Shown one piece after another: positions 31,993 to 43,728 of a DNA stretch of 64,000 bases (positions within the stretch are counted from its first letter, which is position 1; each line of letters starts with the position of its first letter). This stretch comes from Octopus vulgaris (Eukaryota): positions 9,001 to 73,000 of the forward strand of contig CATOCA020000020.1 in the NCBI GenBank assembly GCA_951406725.2, given 5' to 3'. The translations under genes and the position numbers were made by a program. The notes beneath the pieces are model-generated. The model did no database searches and was not told the origin of the DNA. It saw only the letters and a program-made list of their open reading frames with translations.

Positions 31993-34900
31993 TCACAGGC
32001 GAAACCTGAGAACTGGTCCATTTATACAGGCCAGTCTCGCACAATTCACCCACCTTTCATAAAACTTGCTATCGGACAGCACTTTCCTCTCTAACCTCAT
32101 CTTCCTTTTCAAGTGAAACTTGAAAAAGTTGATGAGGCCTTGACCAAAGAGGAAAGTGTCTGACTTTAGCCCTTTCAAACGAGTCCACCACACGACTTCT
32201 TTCGCCACAGCCACAAGGCACAAGAAAACGGCCTCGCCCTCCTTGTTAAAGGAGGTCGGCGGGGCAATCTTCACTATGGATTCGGCCGATAGTCGGATCC
32301 GTCCTACACGTGACAGTAGCTGTTCGACATAAACCCATATTTCAGCAATACTCGGGCACTGGACGAGTGCGTGCAGAACGGTTTCGTCGTCCTGGCAACA
32401 CCTCGGGCAGGCCCGGCTGACGGCACTTCCGTGCCGGTAGAGTTTATCTCGAACAGGCAGAGCCCCTCGGTAGCACTGCCAGGCGAGAGACCTCTGGAAA
32501 TTATCCATCGGCCCCGGCCCGAAAGTCCTCCCGAACAGACCGCTCAGTTCGTCGTCTTCAACGCCTAGAGTTTCCCCGAGAACGTCGTCGCATTTTTCCT
32601 CCACTAACCCTCTATAGAACGCTAGAGTGGAGCTGTAACCGACCGCATTGCCCGCCTGGTGGAGGGCGGAGAGGGCTTGACGGCACTCGAGGTGCCAAGC
32701 GCCCTTTCTCGGTCTACGTTTGATCCAGGTCTGCAGCTCCGTCAAAGAGACGAGCTGCGGAAAATCGCGTCTGACAAAAGACGACCACACCTGTTCACCG
32801 TCTAGGAAGCGCTTGAGATGCCGCAGCCTGAGCGCATGTCTGCGCAACAGCAACCACGGCATTCCAAGGCCTCCGTTCAGCGGTCGTTGACAGCAGATGG
32901 ATCGCCTGACCAGTGGCACCTGACCCTTCCACAAAAAGTCGAAGAGCAGGTGTACCAGCTTGGCCAACCAGCGGTCGGGACAAGGGACGACGGTCAAGCG
33001 GTAATAGATGACGGATGCGATGTACGCATTCGCCACCTCCGCTCGACCTTTCAGGGACAGCTTCCTCTCGGCCCATTTCTGGGTGAGACGTGCCACCCTG
33101 CTCGTCACCTCTTCCCAGTTCTTATCCACCTGGAGGTCCGGACCGAACCAGACCCCGAGCAGTTTAACGGGTCCGTCTGTCCAGCGCCCTACGACGCTGT
33201 TGGACGGCATGGGCTTGCCTCTCCAGGTGCCCAGTTGCAAGCCCACAGACTTTTCCGCGTTAATCTTTGCCCCTGTCACCGCTTCGTACTGGTTTAGCGT
33301 CTCGCCAATCAGGCCAATGTGCCTGTGGCTCGACACCACCACGGTGACGTCGTCGGCATAAGCAGACACGCTGTTTCCGCCTCCTAGATCGCGCGGGATG
33401 CCCCTCAAAGCCTCCAACTTGCGCAGTAATGGCTCGAGAGTCAAAATGTACAAGAGGGAGGAGAGAGGGCATCCTTGGCGGACCGAACGCGAGATGTCGA
33501 ACGGTTCCGAAAGGTGACCGTTCACCCGTATCACCGAGCAGATGTTGCTGTATAAAGCAGCGATCCACCCGCGGAAGACTGGACCGAAGCCGGCTGCCTT
33601 GAGGACAGCTGCCAGGTACCGATGGTCGACCCTATCGAAGGCTTTACTCTGATCCAAGTTGATCAAAGCCCCACCCGCGCCAGCGTCGTTACCCACCCTC
33701 TCTATGATGTAGCGCATGAGATGGAGGTTGTCGTGTATCGACCTGGTCGGCACGGCGCATGTCTGCGTCCCGCCGACCAGCTTGTCCACGACAAGCGCCA
33801 ATCTCTTGGCTAGCACCTTGGCCAAAATCTTCAACTCTGCATTGAGCAGAGTGATGGGCCGGAAATTGCCTATAACGTCCCCCTTGTTTGGGTCCTTCTT
33901 TAGCAAAGCCACCACCCCTCGACAGACAAAAGCAGGAATTCTCCCGTTTTGCTGCCAGTTGCAGTAGACGTTTGCCAACAGGTCCGCAAACAAGTCTGGC
34001 ATTGAAAAGTAAAGCTCGTAGGGCAGACCATCCAAACCCGGCGATCTACCTCTCGTGCAACTCTTCATCGCTTCCTGTACTTCCCAGGCAGATATCGGTC
34101 CTTCGCAGCACTCTGCCTCGCTGTCCGAGAGTTGCGGCAGTCCGTCCAGGTACACACCGAAGTCTGTACCGTTGGTGTCCGTTCCACCGCTCGTCCCAAA
34201 CAGTTGAGCAAAGTGCCGCTGAAGTACCGTACACATCTGCTTCGGTTGGGTAACCTCGCGCCCGTTCTGGTCCACCAAAGACCGAATGGTTGCTCTGTTG
34301 CCTCGCTTCGCCTCCGCCACGCGGGCCCATCGAGCGGCTCTAGTCCCCTCCCCGCTTAGCGAACGTGCCTTAGCTCTGACAACGCAGCCTTCGTGTTTGG
34401 CGTCGAAGTGTTGGTCGAGGGCCAACCTTGCCGCCAACACGTCGGTCGCGATGCCAGTGTCAAGAGCCTCGTCTAGTTTCTTAACTAAATCCCGCTCTCT
34501 CTTCCTACGTTCAATAGCTAGAGTCTTACTATACCTAATCGACTCTACTCTAATTGCTCTCTTGAGGGCAAACCACCAGTTGTTGTTGATGATTGCCCCC
34601 GTGAGCGCCCGCTTAACTAGTAAACTAATCCGGTCTCTGTAAGCTTTGCACGCCGTTAACGACGCGTTCAGCTTCCAGTAGCCGGGTCCCTGTCTATGTA
34701 GCCTATCTAAGTCGACCGTACAGATCACTAATTTGTGGTCCGTATATTCGACTAGGTGGAATTGTGGACACCCTACGCTGTCCTTATCCGCTGGCCTACA
34801 AAACACTCTATCTAAGTACGATCTAGACGACCCGATGCGGTTTGTCCAAGTCCACATTGGCACATTCGGGTTGTCTAGTCGAAACCTGTCGGACAGCTGA

Positions 34901-35427
34901 AAGCGGCCGAGTAGGTTGGCGAGGCTCTTGCACCCACCCCCTCTCCTAACAGACGCTCCCCTGCCCACCCGATCGAAACGTTCGTCTAAGACAGCGTTCC
35001 AATCCCCAACTAGTACTAGAGTGCGTGACGTTCCCAGGAAAACTTCCAGACGTTTGAAATAATCCGACTGCCCTGCTCCTGTCGGAGCGTAGGCAGCCAG
35101 CAGTCTGAAAGCACCGCCGTCACTACCGTCCACGTCGAGGACCACCAACTTACCTTCCGGATCCAAGAAGACTGTTCTTATTTTCAGGTCCAGGCCCTTC
35201 CGAAACAACACCGCAGTACCACCACCGCCCGCTCCCGGCCGACACGGAGATAGAAATATCTCGTATCCGCCGAAAAGGGCTGCGAGTTCCTGCGGGTCGG
35301 AGAGCCTGGTTTCACTGATGGCTGCTACATCCACATCATGAAACCTCAGGTCGTTTAACAGGTGACCCTGTTTCCAAGGTGACCCGAGGCCTCTCACATT
35401 CAAGCAACCGATTCTAAGATTTGCCAT
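31993..35427 (-). CDS. ORF2 APE-RT, 1144 aa, intact
   Basis: Same motifs; DVDV variant at residue 34. Confidence 0.97.
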   Translation of the reverse strand: MANLRIGCLNVRGLGSPWKQGHLLNDLRFHDVDVAAISETRLSDPQELAALFGGYEIFLSPCRPGAGGGGTAVLFRKGLDLKIRTVFLDPEGKLVVLDVDGSDGGAFRLLAAYAPTGAGQSDYFKRLEVFLGTSRTLVLVGDWNAVLDERFDRVGRGASVRRGGGCKSLANLLGRFQLSDRFRLDNPNVPMWTWTNRIGSSRSYLDRVFCRPADKDSVGCPQFHLVEYTDHKLVICTVDLDRLHRQGPGYWKLNASLTACKAYRDRISLLVKRALTGAIINNNWWFALKRAIRVESIRYSKTLAIERRKRERDLVKKLDEALDTGIATDVLAARLALDQHFDAKHEGCVVRAKARSLSGEGTRAARWARVAEAKRGNRATIRSLVDQNGREVTQPKQMCTVLQRHFAQLFGTSGGTDTNGTDFGVYLDGLPQLSDSEAECCEGPISAWEVQEAMKSCTRGRSPGLDGLPYELYFSMPDLFADLLANVYCNWQQNGRIPAFVCRGVVALLKKDPNKGDVIGNFRPITLLNAELKILAKVLAKRLALVVDKLVGGTQTCAVPTRSIHDNLHLMRYIIERVGNDAGAGGALINLDQSKAFDRVDHRYLAAVLKAAGFGPVFRGWIAALYSNICSVIRVNGHLSEPFDISRSVRQGCPLSSLLYILTLEPLLRKLEALRGIPRDLGGGNSVSAYADDVTVVVSSHRHIGLIGETLNQYEAVTGAKINAEKSVGLQLGTWRGKPMPSNSVVGRWTDGPVKLLGVWFGPDLQVDKNWEEVTSRVARLTQKWAERKLSLKGRAEVANAYIASVIYYRLTVVPCPDRWLAKLVHLLFDFLWKGQVPLVRRSICCQRPLNGGLGMPWLLLRRHALRLRHLKRFLDGEQVWSSFVRRDFPQLVSLTELQTWIKRRPRKGAWHLECRQALSALHQAGNAVGYSSTLAFYRGLVEEKCDDVLGETLGVEDDELSGLFGRTFGPGPMDNFQRSLAWQCYRGALPVRDKLYRHGSAVSRACPRCCQDDETVLHALVQCPSIAEIWVYVEQLLSRVGRIRLSAESIVKIAPPTSFNKEGEAVFLCLVAVAKEVVWWTRLKGLKSDTFLFGQGLINFFKFHLKRKMRLERKVLSDSKFYERWVNCARLACINGPVLRFRL

Positions 35428-35465
35428 GTCTCAAGAATTAGGGAAAAAAAAGGAGAAAAAAGGCT

Positions 35466-37344
35466 CTACTTACTGTTGTTGGTGGTGGGGGTGGCTCCCT
35501 TGTGCTTTTGCACGGGTGCTTCAATAATATTTTTGTAAAGTTTCTGAGAGAAACTTTTCCCTAACGATCCCACATCGTTAGGGAATATTTGTTTTATTTC
35601 ATTGTACACTGTTTTGTTTATTTTTATTGTGAGAATGTGTGCTGGTGGTGTGTTGTGTGTAGGTATTATGAAATCTGTAATGTTTGTGCTTGTTTTGTTT
35701 TTCAAATACTCAACCAGTTCCTGGTTTCTTGTATTCACTGCTGTAATCGTGTCTGTAATTGTGTCTGTGTTTGTTTGTGTCTGTGGTAGTGGCAGTAGTG
35801 GTGTCGAAAGTGTTGTTGTTGTTGTTTGTTGTTGTGAGTGTGTGTTGTTGTTGATGTTGTTGTTGATGTTGGGAAGTACTATTTGTTCGTGCTTCCCCTG
35901 TAAAACTTTTTGTTTTTTCCTCCTTTTCTTTTTTGGAGGTACTATATTCCATTCTCCTTTGTTGGAATCCGAGCTCGCACAATCCGAGATCTCTTCATCC
36001 GGCAAAGGAATGGTTGAGGGTCTGCTTCAGTAGCAGGACGAAAAGTTTTAGGTTCCGCCGGTATCGGTGGTGCCGCTGCTCCTGTTACTGTTGATGTCGC
36101 TGCTGTCGACCTTCGAGGTACTGGTGTCGGTGTTGGTTTGGTGGTGGTTGTCGGTGTTGGTTTGGTGGTGGTTGTTGTTGTTGGAGGTGGTGTTGTTCGT
36201 CTTGGTGCTGGTGTTGGTGATGGTGTTGGTGGTGTGGCAGCCTTTGGTTTTTCTTGCTGTTTTTGTTGTTTCTGTTGTTGTTGCTTGTGTTGTTGTTGTT
36301 GTTGTTGTTGTTGCTGCTGCCTCTTGCTATACTCCTCCATTCTCTTTTTTTGAATGGGGCAGTCCCTTTTAGGTGGCTTTCGCTACTGCAGAGGAAACAT
36401 TTTGGCTTTCGCCCCTCTACAATAACATTTAGCCTGGTCCCATCCAGCAAGATGACAAAGTCAGGTATGGCATTGATGTTTTCCTGCTGGATCTGTACCA
36501 GCAGTTGAATACCCATGCCTGACCAGTTCTTTTCTCGTACCCTCCGAACATTCAGAATAGTGGCAGTGTCCTCTATGCCATAGAGGACAGCCGCCACTAG
36601 CCATGAGATTTTCTGTTCGGGGGGTATTGTGCTTATGGTTATTTTTTGTACCTTACGCCCGAGGTACGTCGGGACGAGGAACAAATGTTCATTTTGCAAG
36701 GGCGAAATGGCGTTCGCCCTTGCAAGCTCCTCTGTTGGGAAGCGAACCTCCACGGTTCCAAATCGCTTCCCTCTTGTCACATAGCTCTTCTGGCCCCAAA
36801 TGGGCTTCAGAGCCATCTCCAACTGTTGTGGTGTGGCGTTAAACAATCTTTTAGTTTTCTTTTCGAAGACTTTATAAAAGATTGTTCTTTTGCTTGTTTC
36901 TTGTGTGAGTTGTTGAGGTGTGTTGAGGAAAACACTGTTCCCCTCCTTTCTCAACAAATCTTGTGCCATTTTTATGTCCTCCATTGTAATTTCTACATCT
37001 TCCGAAATTTGCTTCGCAGCAGAAGCAAAATCGTTAGAAGCTTTTACAGTTTTTTGTTGGTTCTTGTCTGTGTTTGTGTCTGTTATAATTTTCTTTACCT
37101 CCCCCTTCGGTACAGCATCACTTGTTGAAGGCAGAGGGGGAAATCAAGAGTGACGTCGAACGCGACGTCCTGGCATGCATTCTCCTTTTGAACCGAGCGC
37201 GTGCTCTCCGGTTCGGAAGGAGGAGCTTTGTTGCCTTTTACGGCCTGAAATGGGTTGTACGTAACCCGTGACGTTATTTTTTTGTTCTTGTAGGGGGGGT
37301 GTTGCAAGAAGGAGGGAAGAGCCAGCAGCTCGTTTTAGTGCCAT
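35466..37344 (-). CDS. ORF1 (homopolymer frameshifts)
   Basis: ORFs 36085-36984, 35942-36340 and 35466-36005. Confidence 0.8.
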
Positions 37345-37860
37345 TTTGTAATGTGTGTGTGCAAAAAATGTCAATTTCAAAAGGATAGACAGTAATTTCA
37401 CCCCGAATGGGGCAAAATTTCGCCCAACCGACGAGCTCCGCAAGAAGCCGGTCGGTTTGGCTACAAAAATATTAAAAAATATTCAAACTTATCAAATGAT
37501 TTCCAATGAAATTGGCACAAATTCACGGAGCTGATTCACGTACGTCCATCGGCGTCGGAAGGAATAATAATAATAATAATCAATTCTTTTTTATTGGCCA
37601 CAAGGGCTGACACGCATGATTACATAAAGGGACAAGACAGGACGAAAGGTTACAAAGGGTTTTGTCCGTTTGTTAAAACATCGAGTAAAAATCTTTATAA
37701 CAACTTATAAAATTCAACAATGAAAAACTCCCAAAAGGGGGAGACGTCTCGAAATGTTCCCGGTGGAAAAAACCCTACAAAAGCCAACGGGAGCCTGGTC
37801 AAAAAAGGGGGTGTAGAGAGTCCCCTTTCTTCTCCTTTTACATTACCTTTTTCTTTGAAA

Positions 37861-40800
37861 TCACAGGCGAAACCTGAGAACTGGTCCATTTATACAGGCC
37901 AGTCTCGCACAATTCACCCACCTTTCATAAAACTTGCTATCGGACAGCACTTTCCTCTCTAACCTCATCTTCCTTTTCAAGTGAAACTTGAAAAAGTTGA
38001 TGAGGCCTTGACCAAAGAGGAAAGTGTCTGACTTTAGCCCTTTCAAACGAGTCCACCACACGACTTCTTTCGCCACAGCCACAAGGCACAAGAAAACGGC
38101 CTCGCCCTCCTTGTTAAAGGAGGTCGGCGGGGCAATCTTCACTATGGATTCGGCCGATAGTCGGATCCGTCCTACACGTGACAGTAGCTGTTCGACATAA
38201 ACCCATATTTCAGCAATACTCGGGCACTGGACGAGTGCGTGCAGAACGGTTTCGTCGTCCTGGCAACACCTCGGGCAGGCCCGGCTGACGGCACTTCCGT
38301 GCCGGTAGAGTTTATCTCGAACAGGCAGAGCCCCTCGGTAGCACTGCCAGGCGAGAGACCTCTGGAAATTATCCATCGGCCCCGGCCCGAAAGTCCTCCC
38401 GAACAGACCGCTCAGTTCGTCGTCTTCAACGCCTAGAGTTTCCCCGAGAACGTCGTCGCATTTTTCCTCCACTAACCCTCTATAGAACGCTAGAGTGGAG
38501 CTGTAACCGACCGCATTGCCCGCCTGGTGGAGGGCGGAGAGGGCTTGACGGCACTCGAGGTGCCAAGCGCCCTTTCTCGGTCTACGTTTGATCCAGGTCT
38601 GCAGCTCCGTCAAAGAGACGAGCTGCGGAAAATCGCGTCTGACAAAAGACGACCACACCTGTTCACCGTCTAGGAAGCGCTTGAGATGCCGCAGCCTGAG
38701 CGCATGTCTGCGCAACAGCAACCACGGCATTCCAAGGCCTCCGTTCAGCGGTCGTTGACAGCAGATGGATCGCCTGACCAGTGGCACCTGACCCTTCCAC
38801 AAAAAGTCGAAGAGCAGGTGTACCAGCTTGGCCAACCAGCGGTCGGGACAAGGGACGACGGTCAAGCGGTAATAGATGACGGATGCGATGTACGCATTCG
38901 CCACCTCCGCTCGACCTTTCAGGGACAGCTTCCTCTCGGCCCATTTCTGGGTGAGACGTGCCACCCTGCTCGTCACCTCTTCCCAGTTCTTATCCACCTG
39001 GAGGTCCGGACCGAACCAGACCCCGAGCAGTTTAACGGGTCCGTCTGTCCAGCGCCCTACGACGCTGTTGGACGGCATGGGCTTGCCTCTCCAGGTGCCC
39101 AGTTGCAAGCCCACAGACTTTTCCGCGTTAATCTTTGCCCCTGTCACCGCTTCGTACTGGTTTAGCGTCTCGCCAATCAGGCCAATGTGCCTGTGGCTCG
39201 ACACCACCACGGTGACGTCGTCGGCATAAGCAGACACGCTGTTTCCGCCTCCTAGATCGCGCGGGATGCCCCTCAAAGCCTCCAACTTGCGCAGTAATGG
39301 CTCGAGAGTCAAAATGTACAAGAGGGAGGAGAGGGCATCCTTGGCGGACCGAACGCGAGATGTCGAACGGTTCCGAAAGGTGACCGTTCACCCGTATCAC
39401 CGAGCAGATGTTGCTGTATAAAGCAGCGATCCACCCGCGGAAGACTGGACCGAAGCCGGCTGCCTTGAGGACAGCTGCCAGGTACCGATGGTCGACCCTA
39501 TCGAAGGCTTTACTCTGATCCAAGTTGATCAAAGCCCCACCCGCGCCAGCGTCGTTACCCACCCTCTCTATGATGTAGCGCATGAGATGGAGGTTGTCGT
39601 GTATCGACCTGGTCGGCACGGCGCATGTCTGCGTCCCGCCGACCAGCTTGTCCACGACAAGCGCCAATCTCTTGGCTAGCACCTTGGCCAAAATCTTCAA
39701 CTCTGCATTGAGCAGAGTGATGGGCCGGAAATTGCCTATAACGTCCCCCTTGTTTGGGTCCTTCTTTAGCAAAGCCACCACCCCTCGACAGACAAAAGCA
39801 GGAATTCTCCCGTTTTGCTGCCAGTTGCAGTAGACGTTTGCCAACAGGTCCGCAAACAAGTCTGGCATTGAAAAGTAAAGCTCGTAGGGCAGACCATCCA
39901 AACCCGGCGATCTACCTCTCGTGCAACTCTTCATCGCTTCCTGTACTTCCCAGGCAGATATCGGTCCTTCGCAGCACTCTGCCTCGCTGTCCGAGAGTTG
40001 CGGCAGTCCGTCCAGGTACACACCGAAGTCTGTACCGTTGGTGTCCGTTCCACCGCTCGTCCCAAACAGTTGAGCAAAGTGCCGCTGAAGTACCGTACAC
40101 ATCTGCTTCGGTTGGGTAACCTCGCGCCCGTTCTGGTCCACCAAAGACCGAATGGTTGCTCTGTTGCCTCGCTTCGCCTCCGCCACGCGGGCCCATCGAG
40201 CGGCTCTAGTCCCCTCCCCGCTTAGCGAACGTGCCTTAGCTCTGACAACGCAGCCTTCGTGTTTGGCGTCGAAGTGTTGGTCGAGGGCCAACCTTGCCGC
40301 CAACACGTCGGTCGCGATGCCAGTGTCAAGAGCCTCGTCTAGTTTCTTAACTAAATCCCGCTCTCTCTTCCTACGTTCAATAGCTAGAGTCTTACTATAC
40401 CTAATCGACTCTACTCTAATTGCTCTCTTGAGGGCAAACCACCAGTTGTTGTTGATGATTGCCCCCGTGAGCGCCCGCTTAACTAGTAAACTAATCCGGT
40501 CTCTGTAAGCTTTGCACGCCGTTAACGACGCGTTCAGCTTCCAGTAGCCGGGTCCCTGTCTATGTAGCCTATCTAAGTCGACCGTACAGATCACTAATTT
40601 GTGGTCCGTATATTCGACTAGGTGGAATTGTGGACACCCTACGCTGTCCTTATCCGCTGGCCTACAAAACACTCTATCTAAGTACGATCTAGACGACCCG
40701 ATGCGGTTTGTCCAAGTCCACATTGGCACATTCGGGTTGTCTAGTCGAAACCTGTCGGACAGCTGAAAGCGGCCGAGTAGGTTGGCGAGGCTCTTGCACC

Positions 40801-41293
40801 CCCCCCCTCTCCTAACAGACGCTCCCCTGCCCACCCGATCGAAACGTTCGTCTAAGACAGCGTTCCAATCCCCAACTAGTACTAGAGTGCGTGACGTTCC
40901 CAGGAAAACTTCCAGACGTTTGAAATAATCCGACTGCCCTGCTCCTGTCGGAGCGTAGGCAGCCAGCAGTCTGAAAGCACCGCCGTCACTACCGTCCACG
41001 TCGAGGACCACCAACTTACCTTCCGGATCCAAGAAGACTGTCCTTATTTTCAGGTCCAGGCCCTTCCGAAACAACACCGCAGTACCACCACCGCCCGCTC
41101 CCGGCCGACACGGAGATAGAAATATCTCGTATCCGCCGAAAAGGGCTGCGAGTTCCTGCGGGTCGGAGAGCCTGGTTTCACTGATGGCTGCTACATCCAC
41201 ATCATGAAACCTCAGGTCGTTTAACAGGTGACCCTGTTTCCAAGGTGACCCGAGGCCTCTCACATTCAAGCAACCGATTCTAAGCTTTGCCAT
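37861..41293 (-). CDS. ORF2 with a 2-bp deletion in an (AG)n run at ~39330
   Basis: ORFs 39128-41293 and 37861-39321. Confidence 0.85.
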
Positions 41294-41331
41294 GTCTCAA
41301 GAATTAGGGAAAAAAAAGGAGAAAAAAGGCT

Positions 41332-43208
41332 CTACTTACTGTTGTTGGTGGTGGGGGTGGCTCCCTTGTGCTTTTGCACGGGTGCTTCAAATATTTTTGT
41401 AAAGTTTCTGAGAGAAACTTTTCCCTAACGATCCCACATCGTTAGGGAATATTTGTTTTATTTCATTGTACACTGTTTTGTTTATTTTTATTGTGAGAAT
41501 GTGTGCTGGTGGTGTGTTGTGTGTAGGTATTATGAAATCTGTAATGTTTGTGCTTGTTTTGTTTTTCAAATACTCAACCAGTTCCTGGTTTCTTGTATTC
41601 ACTGCTGTAATCGTGTCTGTAATTGTGTCTGTGTTTGTTTGTGTCTGTGGTAGTGGCAGTAGTGGTGTCGAAAGTGTTGTTGTTGTTGTTTGTTGTTGTG
41701 AGTGTGTGTTGTTGTTGATGTTGTTGTTGATGTTGGGAAGTACTATTTGTTCGTGCTTCCCCTGTAAATCTTTTTGTTTTTCCTCCTTTTCTTTTTTGGA
41801 GGTACTATATTCCATTCTCCTTTGTTGGAATCCGAGCTCGCACAATCCGAGATCTCTTCATCCGGCAAAGGAATGGTTGAGGGGTCTGCTTCAGTAGCAG
41901 GACGAAAAGTTTCTGGTTCCGCCGGTATCGGTGGTGCCGCTGCTCCTGTTACTGTTGATGTCGCTGCTGTCGACCTTCGAGGTACTGGTGTCGGTGTTGG
42001 TTTGGTGGTGGTTGTCGGTGTTGGTTTGGTGGTGGTTGTTGTTGTTGGAGGTGGTGTTGTTCGTCTTGGTGCTGGTGTTGGTGATGGTGTTGGTGGTGTG
42101 GCAGCCTTTGGTTTTTCTTGCTGTTTTTGTTGTTTCTGTTGTTGTTGCTTGTGTTGTTGTTGTTGTTGTTGTTGTTGTGCTGCTGCCTCTTGCTATACTC
42201 CTCCATTCTCTTTTTTTGAATGGGGCAGTCCCTTTTTAGGTGGCTTTCGCTACTGCAGAGGAAACATTTTGGCTTTCGCCCCTCTACAATAACATTTAGC
42301 CTGGTCCCATCCAGCAAGATGACAAAGTCAGGTATGGCATTGATGTTTTCCTGCTGGATCTGTACCAGCAGTTGAATACCCATGCCTGACCAGTTCTTTT
42401 CTCGTACCCTCCGAACATTCAGAATAGTGGCAGTGTCCTCTATGCCATAGAGGACAGCCGCCACTAGCCATGAGATTTTCTGTTCGGGGGGTATTGTGCT
42501 TATGGTTATTTTTTGTACCTTACGCCCGAGGTACGTCGGGACGAGGAACAAATGTTCATTTTGCAAGGGCGAAATGGCGTTTGCCCTTGCAAGCTCCTCT
42601 GTTGGGAAGCGAACCTCCACGGTTCCAAATCGCTTCCCTCTTGTCACATAGCTCTTCTGGCCCCAAATGGGCTTCAGAGCCATCTCCAACTGTTGTGGTG
42701 TGGCGTTAAACAATCTTTTAGTTTTCTTTTCGAAGACTTTATAAAAGATTGTTCTTTTGCTTGTTTCTTGTGTGAGTTGTTGAGGTGTGTTGAGGAAAAC
42801 ACTGTTCCCCTCCTTTCTCAACAAATCTTGTGCCATTTTTATGTCCTCCATTGTAATTTCTACATCTTCCGAAATTTGCTTCGCAGCAGAAGCAAAATCG
42901 TTAGAAGCTTTTACAGTTTTTTGTTGGTTCTTGTCTGTGTTTGTGTCTGTTATAATTTTCTTTACCTCCCCCTTCGGTACAGCATCACTTGTTGAAGGCA
43001 GAGGGGGAAATCAAGAGTGACGTCGAACGCGACGTCCTGGCATGCATTCTCCTTTTGAACCGAGCGCGTGCTCTCCGGTTCGGAAGGAGGAGCTTTGTTG
43101 CCTTTTACGGCCTGAAATGGGTTGTACGTAACCCGTGACGTTATTTTTTTGTTCTTGTAGGGGGTGTTGCAAGAAGGAGGAAGAGCCAGCAGCTCGTTTC
43201 AGTGCCAT
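41332..43208 (-). CDS. ORF1 (frameshifts)
   Basis: ORFs 41949-42851 and 41387-41845. Confidence 0.8.
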
Positions 43209-43728
43209 TTTGTAATGTGTGTGTGCAAAAAATGTCAATTTCAAAAGGATAGACAGTAATTTCACCCCGAATGGGGCAAAATTTCGCCCAACCGACGAGC
43301 TCCGCAAGAAGCCGGTCGGTTTGGCTACAAAAATATTAAAAAATATTCAAACCTTATTAATAGATTTCCAATGAAATTGGTGTCAAATTCACGGAGCTGA
43401 TTCACGTACGTCCATCGGCGTCGGAAGGAATAATAATAATAATCAATTCTTTTTTATTGGCCACAAGGGCTGACACGCATGATTACATAAAGGGACAAGA
43501 CAGGACGAAAGGTTACAAAGGGTTTTGTCCGTTTTTTTAAAAACATCGAGTAAAAATCTTTATAACAATGATTATAAAATTCAACAATGAAAAACTCCCA
43601 AAAGGGGGAGACGTCTCGAAATGTTCCCGGTGGAAAAAACCCTACAAAAGCCAACGGGAGCCTGGTCAAAAAAAGGGGGTGTAGAGAGTCCCCTTTCTTC
43701 TCCTTTTACATTACCTTTTTCTTTGAAA

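Larger units (their letters stand above)
31694..37562 (-). mobile_element. Tx1-like LINE unit 6 (5869 bp)
   Basis: Junction to junction. Confidence 0.95.
37563..43428 (-). mobile_element. Tx1-like LINE unit 7 (5866 bp)
   Basis: Junction to junction. Confidence 0.95.
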